From assembly GCA_964564025.1 (NCBI GenBank), contig CAZLZO010000002.1, positions 15,936 through 79,935 on the forward strand: a stretch of 64,000 nt of DNA. The letters are read 5' to 3'. Made by a program: the position numbers and the translations under genes. This DNA comes from an uncultured Desulfurococcales archaeon (GTDB lineage Archaea; Thermoproteota; Thermoprotei_A; EX4484-217-1). The notes beneath the pieces were generated by a model. The model did not search any database and was not told the DNA's origin. It saw only the letters and a list, made by a program, of their open reading frames with translations. This document shows, in pieces, positions 6,442-14,455 of the stretch. Within the stretch, counting starts at the first letter, position 1, and every line of letters starts with the position of its first letter.

Positions 6442-9009
6442 ATGATCTTTGAGATTATTCCTTGGTATCTTTACAGACCTGATGCAGTAGAAGTTTGGCG
6501 TAATGAAAGTGTTAAACGTAGATTATGGTGGTACTATCGTGTCATGAAGGATGTGAAGCCGGCTAAATTCATGATAGCTAAGCGTATTGAAGTAAATGAA
6601 GATCCTAAGAAATTAGATTATGATGGATTATGGAATTTACATAATGAAGTAGCAAAAGTTTTTAGAGAAGTTTTCAATAAAATAGAAGAAAACAAATTAG
6701 ATTTTGAAGAGCTACCTAAACCTAAAATCAATTTCTTGGATGTAAAAATAGCGATTGTAAATGAAATGCTTAAGGAATGCATATTTTGTGAGAGAAAATG
6801 TAAAGTTAATAGAGCTAAGGGCGAGAAAGGCTACTTCTGCAAGCTCGATTACAGAACATATGCTCACTCATGGTTTCATCATTTAGGAGAAGAATCGCCT
6901 CTCGTGCCAAGTGGCACAATATTTTATGGATCATGCAACTTCAAGTGTGTATTCTGCTTGGACGAAGATGATTACTTGCTAGTAAGAATTAATAAAATTA
7001 TTTCAATTAAGAAAGTAAAGGAAGTTGCGAAAACATTAAAAGAGGCTAGAGAAGTAGAGGTTCTAACATTAAGTGGATGGAGAAAAATAGATGATATAAT
7101 TTCCAGGGAAACAGACGTAATTTATGAGGTAGTCACTAATAGAGGTAAGAGAGTAAAGCTTACGCCAGAACATATAGTAATAGTGCAAAATAATAATGAA
7201 TTAAAGGAAAAATATGCTAAAGATTTAAAAGTAGGAGAGAAACTTATAACTTTACCGTGCATTCTGCTTTCCAAAGAATCTATTATTGAAAACAGTATTA
7301 GTGCAATAAATTTAATTGAAGAATTTGATCGAAAACTACCATGTGATCTGAAAGAAAAAATTAGGGTAAAAAATGTTAATAAGGCTTTACGAAAACTGCA
7401 TAAGAAATATAACATTAGTTTTAAGGAATTATTTACCAAAGCTGGTATAAAGAATTTCAAGTATTATTGGCTCCGTATAGATTCTATTCCATTACCAGAG
7501 TTTATTAAACTGTACAGAAAGTACTATAGCGAATTAAGCAAGTATAACGAGACATATATGTTGTCCATGAAGAAGGGAGTAAAATACTACATACCCGCTT
7601 TAATTAATATATCTAAAGAGCTCATGAGACTTTTGGGATACTTTATAGCCGAAGGTAACTATCTTAGAGAGCACGGACTAGTTTTTACAACATCAAATAG
7701 GCGTATCCAACAAGATATTTTACATTGCATAAAATCCATTATTCCCAATTTAGACGGAATAAAATTACTCTACAACTATAGAGGAAAAACGCCTCAAATA
7801 ATAGTGCCAAGCAGATTACTATACATATTATTTAGATATGTTTTAAATATAGGGAGAAAAGCCCATAATAAAAGCATTCCATGGATTGTTTTTAATGTAA
7901 GTAAGACTTTCTTAAAGGAGTTCCTTTCTGCCTATTTAACAGGAGACGGAACATTAAGCATAGGGAAAAAAGGAGTGTTTTACATAAGATTCGTAACAAC
8001 ATCTGAACGGATGGCTTATGAATTAAGCTACATATTGGGATTAAACGGTGTCCAATATAGAATTAAAGAGAGATTACCTTCTGTAAAATATGTCCTTCCT
8101 ACAGGTCATGTAAGCAAGCATAAACAATTCTGGATAGATATTAATGGTACATTTGATATACTCAAATTAACCGAAATTGCAATATTTCTTGACGATAGAA
8201 AAGAAAAAATGTTTAAAAAACTGGGCTTAACAAAAAAGATGAAGAAAGTAAGGAAGGCAGACTATGTAAAAGAAGTAAGGGTAATTAGAAGGAGAAAGAA
8301 AGTTTACGATATAGTCTTAAGAGCTTCAAATAATGTTCTTGACGAACACGTATTCTTTGCAGGTAATGGCATATTAATACATAACTGTCAAAACTATGAT
8401 ATTAGTCAAGAAAACATTTATGGTGGTGTTGTCGTAACTCCAGAGTCGTTAGCTCTTATTCAGAAGGAGCTAAGAGTGAAGGGAGCTAAAAATATAAATC
8501 ATGTAGGTGGAGATCCTACGCCAAATTTACACACCATCGTAAACTCACTGAAATTTCTTGATGTAAATGTCCCGCAGCTATGGAACAGCAATATGTACTT
8601 GACTAATGAAGCAATGGATATCCTAGTTGATTTAATTGACATATGGCTTCCAGATTTTAAATATGGTAATAATAAATGTGCTTTAATGCTTTCAAGTGCA
8701 CCACGATACTTTGAAGTTGTTACTAGAAACTTAAAGGCAGCTATTAAATATGGAGACATGATAATTAGGCATCTTGTGTTACCTAATCATTTAGAGTGCT
8801 GCACGAAACCCATTCTTAAATGGATTGCCGAAAATTTGCCTAAAGACAAAGTTTTAGTGAATATTATGGGACAGTATAGGCCGGAGTTTAAAGTCTTAAG
8901 AACACCTGAAAAATGGCCTGACATAACTAGGAGACCCACTTACGAGGAAATGGCTGAAGCATACGATTATGCTAGAAGACTTGGCATAGTTTTCGAGCCT
9001 GTAAGCTAA
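6442..9009 (+). CDS. PflX-type radical SAM enzyme (pyruvate formate-lyase activating enzyme-like, COG1313-like) interrupted by an in-frame intein
   Basis: N-terminal Cys cluster CIFCERKC...YFC. The radical SAM motif C165-NFK-C169-VF-C172 reads CNFKCVFCQNYDIS once the intein is removed. The mature extein is about 378 aa, typical for PflX. Confidence 0.8.
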   Translation: MIFEIIPWYLYRPDAVEVWRNESVKRRLWWYYRVMKDVKPAKFMIAKRIEVNEDPKKLDYDGLWNLHNEVAKVFREVFNKIEENKLDFEELPKPKINFLDVKIAIVNEMLKECIFCERKCKVNRAKGEKGYFCKLDYRTYAHSWFHHLGEESPLVPSGTIFYGSCNFKCVFCLDEDDYLLVRINKIISIKKVKEVAKTLKEAREVEVLTLSGWRKIDDIISRETDVIYEVVTNRGKRVKLTPEHIVIVQNNNELKEKYAKDLKVGEKLITLPCILLSKESIIENSISAINLIEEFDRKLPCDLKEKIRVKNVNKALRKLHKKYNISFKELFTKAGIKNFKYYWLRIDSIPLPEFIKLYRKYYSELSKYNETYMLSMKKGVKYYIPALINISKELMRLLGYFIAEGNYLREHGLVFTTSNRRIQQDILHCIKSIIPNLDGIKLLYNYRGKTPQIIVPSRLLYILFRYVLNIGRKAHNKSIPWIVFNVSKTFLKEFLSAYLTGDGTLSIGKKGVFYIRFVTTSERMAYELSYILGLNGVQYRIKERLPSVKYVLPTGHVSKHKQFWIDINGTFDILKLTEIAIFLDDRKEKMFKKLGLTKKMKKVRKADYVKEVRVIRRRKKVYDIVLRASNNVLDEHVFFAGNGILIHNCQNYDISQENIYGGVVVTPESLALIQKELRVKGAKNINHVGGDPTPNLHTIVNSLKFLDVNVPQLWNSNMYLTNEAMDILVDLIDIWLPDFKYGNNKCALMLSSAPRYFEVVTRNLKAAIKYGDMIIRHLVLPNHLECCTKPILKWIAENLPKDKVLVNIMGQYRPEFKVLRTPEKWPDITRRPTYEEMAEAYDYARRLGIVFEPVS
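6955..8385 (+). mobile_element. Intein (477 aa) with a LAGLIDADG homing-endonuclease domain
   Basis: Begins with Cys (CLDEDDYLLVRI, block A). Block B is TPEHIV. The LAGLIDADG motifs are LLGYFIAEGNY and FLSAYLTGDGTLS. It ends ...GILIHN followed by a +1 Cys (CQNYD). Confidence 0.8.
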
Positions 9010-9248
9010 ATTTTCTTAGCCTTTCTCTTAAATTCCTCCCTAAGTCTACTTTTGAATTCTTCAACAGTATCTTCAACGGCACTTCTAATTAAATCAAAAC
9101 TTATTTTATGCAGTAAAGCGTTAAAGAATTTTAAAGCACATGCTTTGCTATGAAATGTTAGCGTATAGTCTCCTAAAGTAAGTACTATTCCTTGCCCCTC
9201 AGGGAATGCTTTTCCACAAACAATGCATACATGTTTTTTCCCAGGCAT
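9006..9248 (-). CDS. Small metal-binding protein (TRASH/YHS-like CxxC...HxxxC)
   Basis: 80 aa. HVCIVCGK...FHSKAC followed by a charged helical tail. Confidence 0.35.
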   Translation of the reverse strand: MPGKKHVCIVCGKAFPEGQGIVLTLGDYTLTFHSKACALKFFNALLHKISFDLIRSAVEDTVEEFKSRLREEFKRKAKKI

Positions 9249-9373
9249 TTAACTACACCTCATTTTAGCTGTTATACGAAAATATTTTTTAGTTGTAGTG
9301 CCTTATGCGTTTAGGCTACAAATCCATGCTAAAATGCCGTATAAAAGCATAGCGTAACATGAGGAACTAAGCA

Positions 9374-12223
9374 ATGTTTGAAGATTCAGCTATAAGCATA
9401 GAGAATCCGAAGATAGTAGAGTTACTTAGGGAGAAGGGGTGGAGAGAGCTTACAACACCTCAAAAACTTGCTATTCCTAAGATAAAGGAGGGATATAATG
9501 TACTAATAATAGCACCAACAGGTTATGGTAAAACCGAAGCAGCAATTCTTCCTGTTTTCGAAAAAATGATTGAGGAGAAAGCGGAACCTGTTGCCGTAGT
9601 TTACATAACTCCTTTAAGAGCATTGATAAATGATATAACTAGAAGGTTAAGGTGGTGGGGTTCTAGACTAGGTTTCACTGTTGCTAGAAAGCATGGTGAT
9701 GTTCCATCATCTGAGAAAGCTAAGAGATTAAGGAAGGCACCACATGTCATAGTTACAACGCCTGAAAGTTTAGAAATAGATCTTGACTGGGCTCAGAAGT
9801 TTAGAAGCTACTATAGGAATGTTAAATGGGTTATCGTAGATGAGGTCCATGAGCTAATTTCGTCTAAAAGAGGAATTCAGCTTATTCTACTATTAGAGAG
9901 GCTTCGGAAACTTACAAACTATGATTTTCAAAGAATAGGTCTTTCAGCGACTATAGGGGATCCTGAGAAAGTAGCGAAATTCCTATTTGGATCTTCAAAG
10001 AGGAAAAGCGTTATAATTGAAATTGGCAGAAGCAAGAAGACAATAATAGAAGTTGATGCCGTACAGTCTAAAAGCGATGATGATTTATGGGAACAGGTAG
10101 CTAAAACAATAATAGAGCACATTGAGCCTCCAAGCCTAATCTTCGTAAACTCCAGGTCAACTGCAGAAAGACTGCATGAATACTTGGAGAAGACGGGATT
10201 AAAGGAGATCCAAGTTCATCACTCTTCGGTTTCTAGAAACATAAGGGTAACTGTTGAGAAAGATCTTCTCGAAGGCAAGCTTAAAGGTGTTGTTTGCACA
10301 AAAACCCTTGAACTAGGTATCGACATAGGCGATATAAAGAAGGTTATTCAATTTAGACCTCCAGGTTCAGTAACTACGCTCCTTCAGAGGGTAGGGAGAA
10401 GTGGCCATAAATTCTACGATGTATCTAAGGGAGCAATTATAGGTTTAAATGAAGTTGATATTTTAGAAACTTTAGCTACAATCTCTTTAGCATTAAGGAA
10501 CGAACTTGAAGAACCACAAATATTAGAAAAACCTCTTGATGTTTTAGCTAGAGAAATTTTGGGTATAGTTCTTCAATATGGGGAAGTTGATGCTGAAATG
10601 ATTTATGAAATAATATCTAAAGCTTATGCTTACAAAACACTTAGCTTCGATGAGCTTACAAAGCTACTAAAATACATGGAGGCTAATGGCTTACTCTCCA
10701 AAGTAGATAATTCAAAATATAAAATAGGTCCAACATTCTTTAAAATATGGAGATTTGATACTGACACAGCTTTTAGAAGATGGTGGGCTAGAAGTTTTAC
10801 AGAGTTCTTTACCACAATAGGTGAAAGACCTTCGTTTCAGGTAAAGCATGGTGACATAATAGTAGGTGATGTTGATTCACAATATGTTTATAGATACTTA
10901 AGAGTTGGAGACGTTGTTAGACTCTCGGGAAGAAACTGGAAGATCGTTGACGTTGATGATATTAGCATGAAAATTTCAGTTATACCTGCTTCTACAGAAG
11001 AAGCGGAAGTACCTATATGGAGAGGAGAGGGAGCTAGACGTTCTAAGAAAATATCCTATGAGGTGGGGAGATTACTTCATAAAGTAGTTAATGGAGGTAA
11101 ATTAGACTTACCAGAGAATGTTAAAGTGTTCAATTCAGCAATCTTTTACATAAGCAAGCTGTATAAGGCATATAGGGGTAAGGAAGATTTACTACCTGAT
11201 GAAAAAACTATGGTGATTGAAAAACATGGTGATGAAACAGTTTTCCTCTTCTGGATGGGTCAAAATATAGCTGAAACTCTTGCACACATCATAATGTACC
11301 TTATATCAACTAAGTACACATTAAATGTTTATGTAAAGTCATCGTATGTAGGCTTTTCAGTAAGAGTAAGAAATATTGATCCAGTGAAGATATTATTGGA
11401 TGTAACACCTAGTAAAGTTGAAAGACTTGTTGAATTGTCCCTTGAGCGTTCTCCATTATACTACGCTATTTTGAAGGAACTTCAAGTAAGCTTTGGAAAG
11501 ATAGGTAAATTGGATCCTGAGAAAGACTCATTAATTATAGAAGAGGCTAAGAGGCAAGTAAAGTCACAATACATGGATGTTGAAGGGGCGAAGGAGCTTT
11601 TAAGAAAAATACATAGTGGAGAGATAAACCTAGTTTATGCTAGAAACGTCGAAACTCCCTTAGGGAAGTATGTTAAAGAATTACCGCCAATAAGGCCATG
11701 GATTAAGGACGCATCTCTTCTAATAGTTGAAACTCTCGAAAATATGGCATTAACTGTCGATGAACTTTCAGAAATCCTTGAATTACCATCTAAAACCATA
11801 GAAAATAAGCTTAAGGACCTAAGAAAACCTGATGTTGTTGATAGAGTGTTTCAATTTATTGATATAGATATTGGTGAGTGGAGATGGGCTTTAATTAAGG
11901 ATGCTAAAAAGATTTATGAATCACCGGAATATAGACAGTCTTTCGAACCATACGATGTCGACGAAGTCTACACATTATATATAAAGCCTATTAACGGGCT
12001 GTCATATTTCACATTGTACTTTTCGGCTAGAGAGATAATTTCGAATTTTAAGAAGTTTCTAGAGAGGGTCCCGGTTAGCGAAGCTTACGAGGTTAGAGTT
12101 ATACCATCAGATTCTATGCTTAAAACATTAACGCCAAGATACTTTTATGTACCTAAGAACATAATACCTTATGTTGCCTTAAACGGAATAACTTATATGC
12201 AAATGCTGAAAAGGTCGAGTTAG
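9374..12223 (+). CDS. lhr: Lhr-type (large helicase-related) superfamily 2 DEVH-box helicase
   Basis: Motif I APTGYGKTEAA, ITPLRAL, motif II DEVHEL, then SAT and VNSRSTAERL. 949 aa with a long C-terminal Lhr-core-like extension. Confidence 0.8.
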   Translation: MFEDSAISIENPKIVELLREKGWRELTTPQKLAIPKIKEGYNVLIIAPTGYGKTEAAILPVFEKMIEEKAEPVAVVYITPLRALINDITRRLRWWGSRLGFTVARKHGDVPSSEKAKRLRKAPHVIVTTPESLEIDLDWAQKFRSYYRNVKWVIVDEVHELISSKRGIQLILLLERLRKLTNYDFQRIGLSATIGDPEKVAKFLFGSSKRKSVIIEIGRSKKTIIEVDAVQSKSDDDLWEQVAKTIIEHIEPPSLIFVNSRSTAERLHEYLEKTGLKEIQVHHSSVSRNIRVTVEKDLLEGKLKGVVCTKTLELGIDIGDIKKVIQFRPPGSVTTLLQRVGRSGHKFYDVSKGAIIGLNEVDILETLATISLALRNELEEPQILEKPLDVLAREILGIVLQYGEVDAEMIYEIISKAYAYKTLSFDELTKLLKYMEANGLLSKVDNSKYKIGPTFFKIWRFDTDTAFRRWWARSFTEFFTTIGERPSFQVKHGDIIVGDVDSQYVYRYLRVGDVVRLSGRNWKIVDVDDISMKISVIPASTEEAEVPIWRGEGARRSKKISYEVGRLLHKVVNGGKLDLPENVKVFNSAIFYISKLYKAYRGKEDLLPDEKTMVIEKHGDETVFLFWMGQNIAETLAHIIMYLISTKYTLNVYVKSSYVGFSVRVRNIDPVKILLDVTPSKVERLVELSLERSPLYYAILKELQVSFGKIGKLDPEKDSLIIEEAKRQVKSQYMDVEGAKELLRKIHSGEINLVYARNVETPLGKYVKELPPIRPWIKDASLLIVETLENMALTVDELSEILELPSKTIENKLKDLRKPDVVDRVFQFIDIDIGEWRWALIKDAKKIYESPEYRQSFEPYDVDEVYTLYIKPINGLSYFTLYFSAREIISNFKKFLERVPVSEAYEVRVIPSDSMLKTLTPRYFYVPKNIIPYVALNGITYMQMLKRSS

Positions 12224-12960
12224 CTTTCCTCTATAATGACTTTATCCTTAATTTTATTATACAAGTCGCTTGCTTTTTTCGAATACAATCTTACTCTCAT
12301 TATGGTTTTACCTGCGAATGGATTTTCTTGAACAACATCTATATCTATAAAGCTCCTTTTCTCGTTACATGTAATACGTTTTGCTTTAATAGGGAATTTT
12401 AGTGTTAAACTTCCTCCTCTTTCAGAATATATCCCCTTTTCTGTAATAACATATTCATTAAGCACCATTATCGTTGAATATCCTTTTCTTCTCGCCATTA
12501 TCTTCTGATACAATCTGGTTATCAATGAAACTACGAAAAATGTTTCGTAAAGTATAGCGTACCCTATGAACACTTCTATTGATCCAGGTTCTCCTTTAAC
12601 TAGCATGTCTCTTAATGTACTAAATAGGAACCATATTACGAGTATTGAAAGGAAAGGTAGAAACGTTGTTAAAAGTTGTCCCTTCATTTCGGAAATAAAT
12701 AATGGGTCATTTGCCATAAGTTGTCTAACTTCAGTAGCTTTAGCCTTATATATCCTATTACCTCTCCTTATTTCCTCAATGTCCTTTGTTTTACCCTTTA
12801 ATGTTTTCTTTCCTGTTTCATACATTATTGCGCCGAAAATTATAATGTAGACTATGATAAATGCGAACGTGTATTGTGGAAGCCAAGTGTTCATAACCGC
12901 GAATCCTAAAAGTAGCATTTGAGGCATGATATACTGTAGAAAGAACGTTCTCAACTTCAT
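12220..12960 (-). CDS. Membrane protein (3 TM plus a C-terminal soluble domain; possibly DUF106/Oxa1-like)
   Basis: Hydrophobic helices. The 4-nt convergent overlap with lhr suggests a real gene. Confidence 0.4.
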   Translation of the reverse strand: MKLRTFFLQYIMPQMLLLGFAVMNTWLPQYTFAFIIVYIIIFGAIMYETGKKTLKGKTKDIEEIRRGNRIYKAKATEVRQLMANDPLFISEMKGQLLTTFLPFLSILVIWFLFSTLRDMLVKGEPGSIEVFIGYAILYETFFVVSLITRLYQKIMARRKGYSTIMVLNEYVITEKGIYSERGGSLTLKFPIKAKRITCNEKRSFIDIDVVQENPFAGKTIMRVRLYSKKASDLYNKIKDKVIIEES

Positions 12961-13060
12961 TTCTTATCTATCCTCGGGAAGGTATAGTTAGGGATTTCCC
13001 TAAAAATTTTGCGTGAAAACTATATTTGAGACTTCGGTGTAGAACATAAATAGGGCATCC

Positions 13061-13122
13061 CTTATAGATGATGAGTGAACCCGGATCAGATATAATGAAG
13101 ACATGTGGAAGGGCTGAATAAG
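13061..13122 (+). ncRNA. C/D box sRNA (2'-O-methylation guide)
   Basis: C box ATGATGA (13068-13074), 12-nt guide, D' CAGA (13087-13090), 4-nt spacer, C' ATGAAGA (13095-13101), 12-nt guide, D box CTGA (13114-13117). A perfect 5-bp terminal stem CTTAT/ATAAG flanks the boxes. Confidence 0.6.
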
Positions 13123-13191
13123 TTTACCGATGAAGAAAAGGTAGGTTGCCGAAATAAAGATGAGGACGTTATCCCCGTCGGAGGTTTTCTT

Positions 13192-13773
13192 ATGAAGCAG
13201 CATACAGTAATAAGCACTATACTGTCCGTTAAACCCGATAAGTTAATTGTAAAAGCTGTAAAGAAATTAAGGGATTTTGAAGCAACAATAATTGAAGTAG
13301 ATGAAGAAAATAGAGTTTTAAAGTTTGCATTGCCCTTAAAATATTATCCATTTTTAGCAGAGTTCATAGAGGAATATGCTTCTACAGTGGAATACCAAGT
13401 CTTAACAATAATATTTCACGATCTGTCTGCGGCTAAACTTAAGGAATTCTATAATAGAGCTAAGGATATACTAAAGTTATGGATTATTTCGCCTCCCCAA
13501 TCATATGTAAGAATTTTAGGTGTAATAAAAACCACACATGGAAACGTAATGCTTGAAATGTATCCAAGAAGAACAAGAAGAAAGGGTACTATTTACTTAA
13601 GATATTTAGGTAGAAAAGGTGATATCATTGACTCTTATACTGTTCTAACTCAAGTGGTAGCTTTTAGACAGTTCCAAAATAGGCAGACATTTTATAATGA
13701 AATTGATAAAGCATCGAAAGCTTTGAAGATAGCTGAAGTTATTATTAGAAATATTTTAAGGAGTAAGAGTTAA
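13192..13773 (+). CDS. Hypothetical protein (start revised from 13105)
   Basis: The in-frame ATG at 13192 is preceded by GGAGG (13180-13184) with a 7-nt spacer. The upstream ATG at 13105 lies inside the C/D sRNA. Confidence 0.45.
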   Translation: MKQHTVISTILSVKPDKLIVKAVKKLRDFEATIIEVDEENRVLKFALPLKYYPFLAEFIEEYASTVEYQVLTIIFHDLSAAKLKEFYNRAKDILKLWIISPPQSYVRILGVIKTTHGNVMLEMYPRRTRRKGTIYLRYLGRKGDIIDSYTVLTQVVAFRQFQNRQTFYNEIDKASKALKIAEVIIRNILRSKS

Positions 13774-13781
13774 AACAGAAA

Positions 13782-13845
13782 CATGGATGATGACCGCCCT
13801 ATCCTTAGAGTATATACGATGACGAGTAGAAATCCCGGCTGATAA
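13782..13845 (+). ncRNA. Candidate C/D box sRNA
   Basis: Intergenic, between two convergent gene ends. C box ATGATGA (13787-13793), 12-nt guide, D'-like TAGA, C'-like GATGACGA (13818-13825), 13-nt guide, D box CTGA (13839-13842). Confidence 0.35.
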
Positions 13846-13869
13846 TAATTAAAGAATTATTAGTAGTGA

Positions 13870-14412
13870 TTATAGTTCGCTAACAGCTTTCCTAATGGAC
13901 TTTGTCACTCCATCTTCATAAACTAATCCAGCGTTTTTAAGAACTTCTAGAAGTTTTTGTTCTTCTTTGCTTAATTCCTTTACCTTATCTTTAGGTATTG
14001 GCAATTTATTCCATAATTCAAGAAGCTTTGGTTTATATACCAAATATGATCTGCCTGCTGCATGAATTATTTTGAAAATGCCTTCATTAATGTATCTCTC
14101 TATTTTCTCTTTTGAAGTTCGTATTTTATCTAAAGGGTACACAATTACATCTTTGATGAATCCTACGAATTTATCGTGTCTTACTTCATATTTTCTAGGG
14201 AATTGTGGAGCAGTAATTTCTTCAAGACCGCGCTCAATACTACTTAACCTCCTAGAAAGCTCAAAGTATATTGCGAAGTGTACATTGTTGCTTAAAACTA
14301 AACGTAACACTTCATCATAACTCATTTTTCTTTTAAATACTTCTTCTAAAACTTTCCTATACTTTTCCAGAAGCCTATAAGTTTCCTCGCTAACGCTTAT
14401 AGTATAAGTCAT
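13870..14412 (-). CDS. Hypothetical protein
   Basis: ORF 13870..14496. The start at M29 (14412) is preferred because the longer form overlaps the 3' end of rgy. Confidence 0.4.
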   Translation of the reverse strand: MTYTISVSEETYRLLEKYRKVLEEVFKRKMSYDEVLRLVLSNNVHFAIYFELSRRLSSIERGLEEITAPQFPRKYEVRHDKFVGFIKDVIVYPLDKIRTSKEKIERYINEGIFKIIHAAGRSYLVYKPKLLELWNKLPIPKDKVKELSKEEQKLLEVLKNAGLVYEDGVTKSIRKAVSEL

Positions 14413-14455
14413 TTCAATTCTTAGCCTCAAGTAGAATAGTAGGGGTTCAGAGTAT

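Noticed and set aside
13105-13191. ORF-track start of the 13105..13773 gene
   Set aside because: The first 29 codons overlap a well-formed C/D sRNA. A downstream ATG has a GGAGG SD, so the start was moved to 13192.
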